A stretch of DNA of 64,000 nt from Acidobacteriota bacterium (GTDB lineage Bacteria; Acidobacteriota; CAIWXX01): the NCBI GenBank assembly GCA_040755995.1, contig JBFMAF010000016.1, forward strand, positions 67,172 through 131,171, read 5' to 3'. Positions 25,530-36,154 of the stretch are shown here, one piece after another; position 1 is the stretch's first letter, and each line of letters begins with the position of its first letter. The position numbers were made by a program, and so were the translations under genes. Under the pieces are notes generated by a model. That model was not told the DNA's origin, did no database searches, and worked only from the letters and a program-made list of their open reading frames with translations.

Positions 25530-26741
25530 CTACGACAGCCCGAAATTCCGCCGGGCAAGCTCTGCTATGCTCTGCCCGATGCTGATCGATGCCGTGGCGG
25601 CGGGTGAGGGTGCATTCAGAACGTGGATCATCCGGTCCGCCTCAGCTATTCTGAAGTCATCTAGAAGGTTGCCTGCAGCATCGAGCGCCTGAGCCCGGAT
25701 ACCGGCACCGCCCGGCCACAGGTCGGGCGAATTGAGGTCCGGCACGAGCCGCTGCAAGGCTCGAACGAATGCGCGCTTGCTGGCGGAGCGATAGAACTCC
25801 CCCGTGCCGACCCGCCAGTACCTGACGGCGAGGCGCCAGAAGCCCGGATAGAGTACCGTCTCTCCGAAATCCCGTAGCGAGAAGCTCCACTTCTCATATC
25901 CTTCCCGCTTGAACGCGAGCACCGCGTTGGGACCGGCTTCGATTCCCCCAGAAATCCTCCGCGTGAAGTGCACGCCGAGAAAGGGGAATTTGGGATTGGG
26001 GACGGGGTACACCAGGTGCCGCACGATATCGCGACGCTCCGGACCGATCTCGTAGTACTCGCCGCGGAACGGCACAATGCGAACATCCGGAACGAGGCCC
26101 GCGAGCCGCGCGACGCGATCGCTCTGTAGACCTGCGCAATTCACCAAGAATGAACAGGCGACGGCGCCTGCAGTGGTTTCCACCACGAGCCCGCCCTGCT
26201 CGCGGCAGATGCCGGTGACGCGCGCAGCGGTTTGAATCTCGCCGCCCGCCTGCCGCACGACGCCTGCATATCCCCTGGCGACCTCGACGTAGTCCACGAT
26301 GCCGGTCTCGGGCACGAGCAGTCCCGCCACACCTGCCACGTTCGGCTCGCGCTCTCGCATCTCCTCCGGCCCCAGGCGGCGCAGGCCGACCAGCCCGTTG
26401 GCACGCCCTCGACGTGCGAGTTCCTCCAGCGCCGGTAGCTCTGTAGCGTCGACGGCCACCACCAGTTTCCCGCAGCGCTCGTGCGGGACGGCGTGTTTTC
26501 GGCAGAAGCTGTATAGCGCCTTGCGGCCGGCGGCACAATGCTGCGCTTTGAGCGAGCCCGGCTTGTAGTAGAGCCCCGCGTGGATCACGCCGCTGTTGTG
26601 CCCTGTCTGATGGGCGGCCAGTGTGTCCTCCGCCTCCAGCACTATCAGCGACGAATGCTGGGAGGAACCGAGCGCCATCGCCGTGGCCAGGCCCACAATG
26701 CCGCCTCCAACGACGGCGACGTCGAACTTCATCGCGCTCAT
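25530..26741 (-). CDS. lhgO: L-2-hydroxyglutarate oxidase
   Basis: GGGIVG FAD motif, HQTGHNSGVIHAGLYYKPGSLKA, VPFRGEYY, PFLGVHFT, NAPSPAATAS. Confidence 0.93.
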   Translation of the reverse strand: MSAMKFDVAVVGGGIVGLATAMALGSSQHSSLIVLEAEDTLAAHQTGHNSGVIHAGLYYKPGSLKAQHCAAGRKALYSFCRKHAVPHERCGKLVVAVDATELPALEELARRGRANGLVGLRRLGPEEMREREPNVAGVAGLLVPETGIVDYVEVARGYAGVVRQAGGEIQTAARVTGICREQGGLVVETTAGAVACSFLVNCAGLQSDRVARLAGLVPDVRIVPFRGEYYEIGPERRDIVRHLVYPVPNPKFPFLGVHFTRRISGGIEAGPNAVLAFKREGYEKWSFSLRDFGETVLYPGFWRLAVRYWRVGTGEFYRSASKRAFVRALQRLVPDLNSPDLWPGGAGIRAQALDAAGNLLDDFRIAEADRMIHVLNAPSPAATASISIGQSIAELARRNFGLS

Positions 26742-26976
26742 CTGCTCCCGTCAAGGTACAAGCCTACCATCGGATTCCCAATTTGGAAATCCGGATCTCG
26801 GACCTGCGCCTGCGCGCGCGACGGCCGCCGCCGTGCAGAGCTGGTACGATCTGTGGAATCTCCATGATCTGCCACATCTGCGGTTTCATCTTGCGAACTC
26901 TGCCCTGCCCGATGCTCGATGTGTGAAATCGTCACGGAGGTGTGCGAGAATGGAGCAGTCTAGAGAGGTGACCCGC

Positions 26977-27705
26977 ATGGGCAGTGCGAGCGTAAAGAAA
27001 CGCGAGGCGGTGCTGCTGCTTTCCGGCGGGCTCGACTCTTATACAGCCGGCGCCGTCGCTCGTAGGCGAGGCTGGGGCCTGGTTGCGCTGACCGTCGGGT
27101 ATGGGCAGAGACACTCTGTCGAGCTGGATGCGGCGAGAGCGGTTGCTCGCGACCTCGGCGTAGAGCATCACTACTTCCAGACTGTCGACTTGCGAGCCTG
27201 GGGCGGATCGGCGCTCACCGGCCCGGCGCGCGTCCCCAAGGGAGGGTCGATCGGCCGATCGATCCCGGCCACGTATGTTCCGGCGCGGAACACGATCCTG
27301 CTGAGCCTGGCGCTGGGACTGGCCGAGGCCCGCGGGTTGTGCGACATCATCATCGGAGTGAACGCGCTGGACTACAGCGGATACCCGGACTGCCGCCCCC
27401 CCTTCATCCGTTCATTTCAGCAGACCGCGAACCTTGCCACGAGAGCAGCAGTCGCAGCCGGAGTCAGATTCCGCATACAGACGCCGTTGATACGCATGAC
27501 AAAGGCTCGGATCATCCGGACCGGCCTGCGCCTCGGCTGCGACTATTCGCTCACATGGAGCTGCTACGATCCGCAGCGGCGAGGGCGGCGGCCCGTACCC
27601 TGCCTGCGGTGCGACAGCTGCCGGCTCCGGGCCAAGGGATTTCACGAAGCGGGGGTCCCCGACCCGCTTGAACCGCGTGAGGGCGCCGACAGGAAGCGAC
27701 CGTGA
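26977..27705 (+). CDS. queC: 7-cyano-7-deazaguanine synthase
   Basis: LLSGGLDS, YGQRH..EL, TYVPARN, DYSGYPDCRP, TWSCY, C..CDSC..R. Confidence 0.95.
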   Translation: MGSASVKKREAVLLLSGGLDSYTAGAVARRRGWGLVALTVGYGQRHSVELDAARAVARDLGVEHHYFQTVDLRAWGGSALTGPARVPKGGSIGRSIPATYVPARNTILLSLALGLAEARGLCDIIIGVNALDYSGYPDCRPPFIRSFQQTANLATRAAVAAGVRFRIQTPLIRMTKARIIRTGLRLGCDYSLTWSCYDPQRRGRRPVPCLRCDSCRLRAKGFHEAGVPDPLEPREGADRKRP

Positions 27706-27744
27706 CTACTTCCTCCATGGCACGCCATCCAGGGTTGGGTCGTC

Positions 27745-27773
27745 TTGTGTTACCCAACCGCGCAAGTTAGAAT
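27745..27773 (+). promoter_or_regulatory. Possible sigma70 promoter
   Basis: TTGTGT, 17 bp, TAGAAT upstream of the gene at 27971. Confidence 0.35.
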
Positions 27774-27970
27774 CAGTTCTGAGAAGTGGGCCCCAATTCC
27801 GCGACGGAAAGGATGGTATTCACTTCACATGGTCGGGCAGAGCTCTTTCCACTGCACCGTGGTGTCGAACAGTCCAGAATCAAGGGCGTGCTGACCATGA
27901 GCGACGACAGGAGGCCGAACAGCTGCGCATCCATCCGAACCGTCGTGAGTCTCGCTGCAGAGGAGGGGGT

Positions 27971-28801
27971 ATGGCGATCATAACCATCTCGAGAGGCTCT
28001 CATACCCGCGGCAAGGAGGTGGCCGAGCTGGTGGCACGCCGTCTGGGATACTCGTGTATATCACGCGAAATACTGCTGGAAGCTTCGGAGCAATTCAATG
28101 TTCCGGAGATAAGACTGCAGCACGCAATACGTGACGTTCCCTCATTCTTCAAGCGCTTTTCTTCCACGCAAAGCAGATATGTCGCGTATATACAACTCGC
28201 TCTGCTCAGGCACCTCTTGCAGGACAATACGGTGTACCACGGGCTGGCTGGCCATTTCTTTGTTCAAGGTATCTCGCATGTGCTCAAGGTCAGGATCATC
28301 GCCGATATTCAGGATCGGATCGCGCTCGTAATGGAACGGGACAAGATCTCAGCCAAGCAGGCTGAACGGCTTATCATCAACGTCGACCGGCAGCGGAAAA
28401 AATGGGGCCTCAATCTCTACGGAATCGACACAACGGATAGCCAGCTCTACGATCTGGTCATCAACACGGCCAGGTTTTCGATCGAAGATGCCGTTGATAT
28501 CATCTGTCACACTGTCCAAAAGGATGCCTTCCGCGCGACCACTGAGTCCCGCCGGGAGATGGAAAACCTTGTCTTGAGAGCAGAAATCAATGCCGTGTTT
28601 CAGGAAATGCATTTCAATGTCCCGCTGGAAATCCACGTCAGTGACAGCATGGTGACACTGAAAACACCGGTGGAATACTCACTCGACAAGAGTGTCGCCG
28701 ATGAGATTGAGGCCAAGGTGAAATCGCTGGCCGGCGTTCGCGAGGTCAGGATTCTCGGAGCGTCGCGAACGGTTCATACCAATCCATTTCACAACATATA
28801 G
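27971..28801 (+). CDS. Cytidylate kinase-like family protein with C-terminal BON-like domain
   Basis: MAIITISRGSHTRGKEVAE, VLKVRIIA, YDLVINT; GGAGG RBS. Confidence 0.85.
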   Translation: MAIITISRGSHTRGKEVAELVARRLGYSCISREILLEASEQFNVPEIRLQHAIRDVPSFFKRFSSTQSRYVAYIQLALLRHLLQDNTVYHGLAGHFFVQGISHVLKVRIIADIQDRIALVMERDKISAKQAERLIINVDRQRKKWGLNLYGIDTTDSQLYDLVINTARFSIEDAVDIICHTVQKDAFRATTESRREMENLVLRAEINAVFQEMHFNVPLEIHVSDSMVTLKTPVEYSLDKSVADEIEAKVKSLAGVREVRILGASRTVHTNPFHNI

Positions 28802-29065
28802 CAAGGCGCTACCTCAGACCCCCAGACCGATGGAGCATGCGAGGCCGTCTTGGCTTCGCGGGCCCACAGGCGAGGGTTGAAGGTCGAAAGTGAATGCTCT
28901 GAAGTTTCAGGACCCCAAAGACCGGGCCGGGAGGTGACCACCACGACCTGTCGAGATCGGCACCCGTACCTTGGCTGGAAGCGGGGAATTCGAGATCCCG
29001 ACTGATCTCGAAATCCGAAAGCCGCCCTCATGCGTTTGCTTATCGGACTCTGAAAGGGGGCGACA

Positions 29066-29854
29066 ATGTTGCGCAAGATACTGCTCATCGGCTTCTCGAT
29101 CGCGCTGCTGCCGAGACTCGCGAGCTCGTGGTGGAACACGGGATACTCGGTGGATGTGCTCATAGACGGCCGGCCGGCTCCCGAGTATCAGCACGGCGGG
29201 AGGTGCTACATCGAGGCGCTGCAGGGCAAAGAGTACTCTGTGCGGCTGCACAACCCGACACCCGAGCGCGTCGCCGTTGCCCTTTCGGTCGACGGGCTGA
29301 ATTCAATCGACGCGAAGCGCACATCGGCGCGTGAAGCCGCCAAGTGGGTGCTCGGTCCGCACGAGACGCTGACAATCGACGGATGGCAGACCAGCAGCGC
29401 CACAGCGCGACGTTTCTACTTCACTACAGAGTCGGACTCGTACGCTCGCTGGATCGGAGACACCCGCAACATCGGCATCATCACCGCTGCGTTTTTCCGA
29501 GAGAGGCGGATAGTGGTGCCCATGCTGGAGAGGGACCGCCGCGACTATGCGGGCCGTGGCGAGGCCGCTCAGGAACCGCAGGCCGGCAAGTGTGCCCCCA
29601 GTCCCGTCCCCTCCGACGAGATGGCGGCCACGGGGATCGGACGCGAAACGGATCACCGCGTGACCCGCGTGCACATGGATCTTGAAGACTCCCCTGCCTC
29701 AACGGTAAACATCCGATATGAGTTCCGCGACGAGCTGGTCAGGCTCGGCATCATTCCCCGCCATGTCCATCCCGACCCGATTGAACGCCGGGAAGATGCC
29801 ACAGGCTTCGACGGCATGCGATTCGCACCAGATCCGTACAGGCGGCAATGGTAG
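29066..29854 (+). CDS. Conserved secreted hypothetical protein
   Basis: Signal peptide; YSVRLHN..ERVAVALSVDGLN, WVLGP...IDGW, F.FT, NIGII..AFFRE. Confidence 0.8.
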   Translation: MLRKILLIGFSIALLPRLASSWWNTGYSVDVLIDGRPAPEYQHGGRCYIEALQGKEYSVRLHNPTPERVAVALSVDGLNSIDAKRTSAREAAKWVLGPHETLTIDGWQTSSATARRFYFTTESDSYARWIGDTRNIGIITAAFFRERRIVVPMLERDRRDYAGRGEAAQEPQAGKCAPSPVPSDEMAATGIGRETDHRVTRVHMDLEDSPASTVNIRYEFRDELVRLGIIPRHVHPDPIERREDATGFDGMRFAPDPYRRQW

Positions 29855-29859
29855 CATCT

Positions 29860-29957
29860 GAATGCGGAGTGCGGAATGCGGAATTGGGAACGGCGGTCCC
29901 GCGAAGGGCCGGTCGATCCACGGAGTACTCCGCCAGAGCCAAGTGCGGAGTGCGGAA
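29860..29957. repeat. Heptamer tandem repeats (GAATGCG/GAGTGCG)
   Basis: Four units at 29860-29887 and two to three more at 29941-29957. Confidence 0.7.
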
Positions 29958-29993
29958 TCCAGGAAGCCCATCCCGTGTGGTAGACTCGACCAC

Positions 29994-31043
29994 GTGGTAT
30001 CGCAGGAGGCCGCATCGGGAATCCGTGGCGCCGCCGGACCTATCGGCGTCCTGATCGCCAACACAGGAACGCCGGACGCACCCGCTGCGCGCGCGGTTCG
30101 CCGCTACCTGCGTGAGTTTCTGTCGGACCCGCAGGTCGTGGATCTGCCGCGGCCGCTGTGGTGGCCCATCCTGAACCTGTTCATCCTCCCGTTCCGCCCG
30201 CTGCGTTCGGCCAGGCTCTACGCGAAGATCTGGACACAGGCGGGCTCTCCACTGCTGGTGACTGCGCGAAAACAGGCCGCGGGCCTGGAGGCGAGGCTGA
30301 GGGGGTCACTCGGACGCCCGGTCAGGGTCACAGTCGGTATGCGATACGGCCGCCCCGCGCTTGGCGAGGCCATTGCGGAGCTCCTTGGGGCCGGATGCGC
30401 CCGAATCCTGCTCATGCCGCTCTTCCCCCAGTACTCGGGCGCGACCACCGGATCCGTTATCGCCGCGGTGCAGCAGGAGATCGCCGGGCTGCAGAGTACT
30501 ATCGAGCTTGCGTCGGTCATCCACTATCACGACGAGGCTGCCTACATCCGCGCGCTCACGCACAGCGTTCGAGAGGTGTGGAATCGGGAGGGCGAGCCCG
30601 ATCGCTTGCTGGTTTCGTTTCATGGTCTTCCCGAAAGGCGCGCCGCCGCCGGCGACCCCTACCGGGCGCATTGCGAGGAGACTGCACGGCTGCTCGCCGC
30701 CGAGCTGGAGCTTTCGCTCGACAGATGGCGCATCGCCTACCAATCGCGCTTCGGGCCGGGCGAGTGGCTCAAACCGTACGCGGACCAGATGCTCAGAGAG
30801 TGGGCGGCCGGCGGGGTCGGCACAGTCGACGTGATTTGCCCGGGGTTCTCAGCCGACTGCCTGGAGACGCTGGAGGAGATAACGATCAGGCACCGGGCGA
30901 TGTTCCTGAGAGCCGGCGGGAGGCGGTTCCGCTATATTCCGGCGCTGAACGACCGTGCGGACCACGTCGAGGCGCTTTGCGGGATCGCGCTCAGGAGGCT
31001 CAGAGGTTGGTTGACTGACCGCGCCTCGACCGGGGGGTCGTAG
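29994..31043 (+). CDS. hemH: Ferrochelatase
   Basis: GVLIANTGTP, YLREFLSD, MRYGRP, PLFPQYS, SFHGLP, YQSRFG..EWL.PY, GFSADCLETLEE; start approximate. Confidence 0.95.
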   Translation: MVSQEAASGIRGAAGPIGVLIANTGTPDAPAARAVRRYLREFLSDPQVVDLPRPLWWPILNLFILPFRPLRSARLYAKIWTQAGSPLLVTARKQAAGLEARLRGSLGRPVRVTVGMRYGRPALGEAIAELLGAGCARILLMPLFPQYSGATTGSVIAAVQQEIAGLQSTIELASVIHYHDEAAYIRALTHSVREVWNREGEPDRLLVSFHGLPERRAAAGDPYRAHCEETARLLAAELELSLDRWRIAYQSRFGPGEWLKPYADQMLREWAAGGVGTVDVICPGFSADCLETLEEITIRHRAMFLRAGGRRFRYIPALNDRADHVEALCGIALRRLRGWLTDRASTGGS

Positions 31044-31068
31044 TCGGGGCCTCAGAGACGCGCCGGAT

Positions 31069-32037
31069 CTACTTCGCGGTCGCCTTGCGATCGAGCAGCT
31101 TCCTCGCCGCTGCGGCGATGCCTCGCGCCGAGAGCCCGTACTTGTCGTAGAGCTGCGCCGGCGTGCCGCTCTCGGCGTAGGTGTCGGGCAATGTGACGAA
31201 CGCGGCGAGGGTCGGCAGCCTCTCTGCCAGGCAGCGTGCAACAGCGCTGGACAAGGCACCGTCGGCCAGAGCCTCTTCGACCACGAGGACGGCGCCAGTA
31301 CGTTGCGCCTCGGCCACAATGAGATCGCCGTCCAGGGGCTTGATCGTGTGCATGTCGACGACACTCGCCCGCAGCCCGAATTCCTTCTCGATCTGGTCCC
31401 TCGCTCGCAGCGATTCGATCAACAGCCCACCGCAAGTGATGATGGTCAGGTCGTCGCCGACCTCGACACGTTTGCCCTTGCCGAGCTCAAACTGCTCGCT
31501 CGCGGCGTAGATGATGGGGGCTTTTGGCCTGCCCACCCGCATGAACACCGGCCCGCGGCGCTCATAGGCCCTCCGCACGAGCGCTCGCGTGGCGACCTCG
31601 TCGGCCGGCACGTTCACGATGAAGCCCGGCAGAGAGCATGCGAGGGCGATGTCTTCGATCGCCTGCTGTGACGGTCCATCCTCGCCCACGCTGATGCCTC
31701 CGTGCGAGACTACGACTTTCACGTTGGTGCCAGGGTAGGCGACGCACATGCGGAGCTGGTCGAATGACTTGTCGATCAGGAACACGGAGAAGCTGCTGAC
31801 GAACGGTGTCTTCCCGCAGAGCGCCAAACCCGAGGCCATCGAGACCATGTTCGCTTCGCAGATTCCCGCGTTGAAGAACCGCTCGGGGAACTCCTTCCCG
31901 AACATGTGCGTTTGGGTGCTCTTCGACAGGTCGGCGTCGAGCACTACCACGTTTGGGTCTTCGTGCCCCAGCTTGACGAGTGTTTGGCCGTAGGCTTCGC
32001 GCGTAGCCAGTCCCATGGGATATTCGCGCGCCATCAC
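31069..32037 (-). CDS. Transketolase, C-terminal subunit
   Basis: ATREAYG, DADLSKST, GICEANM, GEDGPSQQ, DMHTIKPLD. Confidence 0.93.
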   Translation of the reverse strand: MMAREYPMGLATREAYGQTLVKLGHEDPNVVVLDADLSKSTQTHMFGKEFPERFFNAGICEANMVSMASGLALCGKTPFVSSFSVFLIDKSFDQLRMCVAYPGTNVKVVVSHGGISVGEDGPSQQAIEDIALACSLPGFIVNVPADEVATRALVRRAYERRGPVFMRVGRPKAPIIYAASEQFELGKGKRVEVGDDLTIITCGGLLIESLRARDQIEKEFGLRASVVDMHTIKPLDGDLIVAEAQRTGAVLVVEEALADGALSSAVARCLAERLPTLAAFVTLPDTYAESGTPAQLYDKYGLSARGIAAAARKLLDRKATAK

Positions 32038-32891
32038 GCAAGCTCCCTCAACGCGCGCTCGGCCTCATCCTTGGTGGGCGCCTTCCCATGGAATTCGTTG
32101 TTATTCTCCATGAAGGAGACGCCCTTGCCCTTGATAGTGTGCGCGACGATTGCGCGCGGCCTGCCTTCGGGCTCGCGGCGCAGCGCCGGCACGATCTGCC
32201 GCAGGTCGTGCCCGTCGATCTCGATCGCATCCCAGCCGAAAGCTCGCCACTTGTCGAGGATCGGCTCCATGTCGAGAATCTGCTTCACGGGTCCGTCGAG
32301 CTGGTACTTGTTGTAGTCCACGACGGCCACCAGGTTCTGCAGCTTGTGAAAACTGGCGTATGCCGCGGCTTCCCAGACCTGCCCCTCGTCGATCTCGCCG
32401 TCGCCTAGTATTACGTAGGTGCGATAGGCGAGCCGATCGAGGCGGGCCGCCAACGCCATGCCGATACCGATCGAGAGCCCCTGGCCCAGTGAACCGGTGG
32501 AGGCTTCCAGCACCGGGAGGAAGCGCTTGTCGGGGTGGCCCTGCAGCGGGCTGCCGAGCTTCCTCAGCGTGGTGAGGATCTCACGGTCCAGATATCCGGC
32601 CTCCGCGAGCGCCGCATAGAGCGCCGGACAGCCGTGTCCCTTGCTCAGGATCAGGCGATCACGGTCGGGCCAGAGCGGATCTGAGGGGTTGTGGCGGAGC
32701 ACGCTGAAGTAGAACGCCACCAGCAACTCCACCACCGACAGGCTGCCCCCGGGGTGACCCGACCCGGCCGCAGCCGTCATGCGGATCACATGCCGCCGAA
32801 TCTCGCGGGCAATTCCCTCCAGCTTGACGAAGTCTATATTCTCGCCGACCTGCTCGCTCACCTGGTGGTGGACGACTCGATTGTCTCTCAA
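32034..32891 (-). CDS. Transketolase, N-terminal subunit
   Basis: SGHPGGSLS, RDRLILSKGH, LQGHP, TGSLGQG, GDGEIDEG ThDP motif. Confidence 0.93.
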   Translation of the reverse strand: MRDNRVVHHQVSEQVGENIDFVKLEGIAREIRRHVIRMTAAAGSGHPGGSLSVVELLVAFYFSVLRHNPSDPLWPDRDRLILSKGHGCPALYAALAEAGYLDREILTTLRKLGSPLQGHPDKRFLPVLEASTGSLGQGLSIGIGMALAARLDRLAYRTYVILGDGEIDEGQVWEAAAYASFHKLQNLVAVVDYNKYQLDGPVKQILDMEPILDKWRAFGWDAIEIDGHDLRQIVPALRREPEGRPRAIVAHTIKGKGVSFMENNNEFHGKAPTKDEAERALRELA

Positions 32892-34381
32892 GCTTTCTGA
32901 TTCCCGAGAACCGGTACTTCCTCCTCTTTCTCCTTACGCTGGATCAACGAAAGAGAGGCAGTGTACAGGAATCCGATCTGGAATAGCAACAGGAAAGGAA
33001 GGATCGGATACAGCCCCGTAGTGAGTGCGAAGAAGACGGCGAAGGTGAAGTAGAGCCCGAAGAGCAACTCCACGTACGGCTGCACGTCCTGCCGGCCCGA
33101 GTACTTCTTGCCCTTCCACTGGTCGAACGAAGTCGTGATTCCGTACTTGGGCGTCCGCCGGAAGGGACTTTGATGATTGAACAGTGCCTCGACCACGGCC
33201 TTGGAGTTGTTGATGCACAACCCGACGCCCACCCACATCAGCGGCGGCAGGTACTTCAGGCGGGCCGGCCAGTTCGCGTAGACCTCCTTCTGGCAGACGA
33301 TGTAGAACGAGGAGACCGACAAGGTCGCTGCTGCGAACAGAGGGAAATCCACCAGGAGCAGATCGTACCAGCCCAGGTTGTACCGGATGACCATCGACGG
33401 GAACATCAGGATGGAGAGAGGAATCATGAGGAGGTACGCGATGTTGGCCGATAGATGGAAGAACGCCTCGACCTTGATCCTCAGCGGAAGTTCCGCCTTG
33501 AAAACCTTCGGGAGGATCTTCTTCATGGTCTGTATGGAGCCCTTGGCCCAGCGGTGCTGCTGGCTCTTGAATGCATTGATCTCCGGCGGTATTTCGGCGG
33601 GGCTCACGATGTCTTGCAGGAACACGAACCTCCATCCGCGCATCTGAGCGCGGTAGCTCAGATCCAGGTCCTCGGTCAGGGTGTCGTGTTGCCAGCCGCC
33701 GCCGTCGACTATTGCGTTGCGTCGCCAGATCCCCGCAGTGCCGTTGAAGTTGAAGAACCGCCCCGAGCGGTTGCGGCACGTGTGCTCGATGACGAAGTGG
33801 CCGTCGAGCATGATCGATTGTATCTGGGTCAGAATCGAGTAGTCGCGGTTGATGTGCCCCCAGCGCGCCTGAACCATCGCGACCTTCGGATCGGTGAAGT
33901 AGTGGATCATCCTCCGGAGCATGTCGGAGGCCGGGATGAAATCGGCGTCGAAGATCGTGATGAAGTCGGCCTTCGCGAACTTCATCCCCTCGTGCAGAGC
34001 CCCGGCCTTGAATCCCGTGCGATCCTCCCGATGGAAGTAGCTGATGTCGAATCCCTGCTCGCGCGCCCGATCGACACAGATCCGCGCAAGCTGCTGGGTC
34101 TCGTCGGTAGAGTCGTCCAGTACCTGTATGTCAAGTCTGTCCTTCGGATAGTCGAGCTTGCAGACGGCATCGACCAGGCGCTTCACCACGTGCATTTCGT
34201 TGAATATGGGCAGCTGCACGGTAATTCGGGGCAGCTCGTCGAAGTGTGCTTTCGGCTTCGGCACGTGGTGCTTGTACCGATAGTACATGTAGACCATGTA
34301 GTAGCGGTGGAGACCGTAGATGGACATCACGATCAGCACCGAGAAGTAGATGATGAGGACGGTGAATTGAGCTGGGCTCAT
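32888..34381 (-). CDS. Processive GT2 glycosyltransferase (CslA/cellulose-synthase-like)
   Basis: QLPIFNE, LDDSTD, KAGAL, FDADF, TEDLD, QQHRW (D,D,D,QxxRW) and C-terminal TM helices. Confidence 0.92.
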   Translation of the reverse strand: MSPAQFTVLIIYFSVLIVMSIYGLHRYYMVYMYYRYKHHVPKPKAHFDELPRITVQLPIFNEMHVVKRLVDAVCKLDYPKDRLDIQVLDDSTDETQQLARICVDRAREQGFDISYFHREDRTGFKAGALHEGMKFAKADFITIFDADFIPASDMLRRMIHYFTDPKVAMVQARWGHINRDYSILTQIQSIMLDGHFVIEHTCRNRSGRFFNFNGTAGIWRRNAIVDGGGWQHDTLTEDLDLSYRAQMRGWRFVFLQDIVSPAEIPPEINAFKSQQHRWAKGSIQTMKKILPKVFKAELPLRIKVEAFFHLSANIAYLLMIPLSILMFPSMVIRYNLGWYDLLLVDFPLFAAATLSVSSFYIVCQKEVYANWPARLKYLPPLMWVGVGLCINNSKAVVEALFNHQSPFRRTPKYGITTSFDQWKGKKYSGRQDVQPYVELLFGLYFTFAVFFALTTGLYPILPFLLLFQIGFLYTASLSLIQRKEKEEEVPVLGNQKA

Positions 34382-34933
34382 TGGTACAAGGACGAAGGCT
34401 CTCCGGACGCATAGCGCAGGGCTGAGCGCGCGGTGGCGCACAGTTCCGGCCCCGGGCAATGCAGCAGGATCACTTCCTTCCTCTTCCTCCTTTCTCCACG
34501 AGACGAACGATCTATCAATCTCTCACCAGCAGCCGAGGCGAACCCCGGTTGCTTCACAGAATTCTACCCTGAGGGGCGGACGCAATAGGCGCGACCATCG
34601 GGCCGCACCCGCAGCACTCATCCCGCTCATAGCATTCGCCCGCGCCTACGAAACGAGCGGGCACCTCGTCCTCCCCTGCGTGCTCATGTCGTGGAGGTAA
34701 CCTGTGATTGGTTGGGAAAGCCGGGCTGTCGGGACCTTCTAAGACTGGTCTTCAGTTGCGGCGTCTGTCGCGCCGAAGACCGTCCATTCCGATCCTCTCG
34801 TCATGCTCCCCCACCTCCACTGCACGCGCACCATTATATGACCCTGAACACGGTTGTCAAGCTTCGAGCCCACTTCACCACTTCAACGGGAGTCGGGGGT
34901 GAAACCCCCTCACCCGTGTGCTATGTTCATAGC

Positions 34934-36058
34934 GTGGATAGCACGGTGCGTAGGGGCAGAGCGACTCGCGCTGGTGCCGCCCGTTATGCACAGCGATTCC
35001 TGTGCTCACATCCGGGCGCCGCGCCGAGCCACTTTCGTCTGGCCGATGACGGCCTGTTGCTGTCGTCTATAGGCCTGGGCACCTACCTGGGCGAGCCGGA
35101 TGACCGTACCGACGAACGGTATCGAGAGAGCATCAGACTTGCGCTCGGCCTCGGCTGCAACGTCATCGACACCGCGATCAACTACAGGTTTCAGCGCAGC
35201 GAGCGCGCCATCGGCGTGGCCCTCGACGAGGCGATTCTAGACGGTACCGTGGCTCGGGACGAAGTGTTTTTGTCGACAAAGGGAGGCTTCCTGTCATTTG
35301 AGCCGGGCTGGTCCGGACAGACCGATCGGTGGATCACCGAAACGTTCGTTGTGCCGCGGATCGCATCCGCCGATGACTTCGTTCACGGCCACTGCATGAG
35401 CCCCGCCTATCTTCGCCACCAGATATCGCAAAGCCGCAAGAACCTGGGGGTCGACTGCATCGATCTGTATTACCTGCACAACCCCGAAAGCCAGCTCCCC
35501 TACATCAGGCCTCCCGAATTCATGCGACGCATGACGGCGGCATTCGAGGAGCTCGAGGCAGCCGTCGCGCGCGGCGAGATCGCGGGCTACGGCACGGCCA
35601 CATGGAACGCCTACCGGCAACCGCTCAAGTCGCACAATCACCTCTCGCTGGAATCTGTTCTGGAGATCGCCCGAACGGTGGCTGGAGACCGCCATCACTT
35701 CTGCGCCGTCCAGCTGCCGCTCAACATGCTCCTGGCCGAGGCGCTGCTGGAGCCCACGCAGCTGCACAAAGGTGAGATGTGCACGCTACTGGAAGTCTCG
35801 CTGGACCTCGGCATTTCGGTATACGCGAGCGCCTCGATCATGCAGGGCAGGCTGGCAGCCGGCCTGCCTGCGGGTCTGCGCGACAAGTTTCCGGGCTGCG
35901 CGATAGACGCACAGCGGGCTCTGCAGTTCGCGCGTTCGACCCCCGGCCTGACTTCGGCGCTGGTGGGCATGAGCAGTCCCGAGCACGTTCGCCAGAACAT
36001 GGCGCTGACCCACATCCCGCCGCTCGACGTGGCCTCCTTCTCGGCCCTGTTCGAATAG
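34934..36058 (+). CDS. Aldo/keto reductase
   Basis: SSIGLGTYLG, IDTAINY, SERAIG, STKGG, IDLYYLHNPE, LVGMSSPEHV; start approximate. Confidence 0.9.
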   Translation: MDSTVRRGRATRAGAARYAQRFLCSHPGAAPSHFRLADDGLLLSSIGLGTYLGEPDDRTDERYRESIRLALGLGCNVIDTAINYRFQRSERAIGVALDEAILDGTVARDEVFLSTKGGFLSFEPGWSGQTDRWITETFVVPRIASADDFVHGHCMSPAYLRHQISQSRKNLGVDCIDLYYLHNPESQLPYIRPPEFMRRMTAAFEELEAAVARGEIAGYGTATWNAYRQPLKSHNHLSLESVLEIARTVAGDRHHFCAVQLPLNMLLAEALLEPTQLHKGEMCTLLEVSLDLGISVYASASIMQGRLAAGLPAGLRDKFPGCAIDAQRALQFARSTPGLTSALVGMSSPEHVRQNMALTHIPPLDVASFSALFE

Positions 36059-36154
36059 CCCTGCCCCGGGGCCGAAGGTGCCGTCGTGGCACAGGTCGCC
36101 TTCAGCGGCGGGCGCCCGGGTACGGTGATCAACCAGAAGCGATCGCGGAGACCT

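Noticed and set aside
26977..27705. queC as part of a deazaguanine DNA-modification or QatABCD-type defence system
   Set aside because: Canonical-length QueC with no dpd, TatD or ATPase neighbours; most likely queuosine synthesis.
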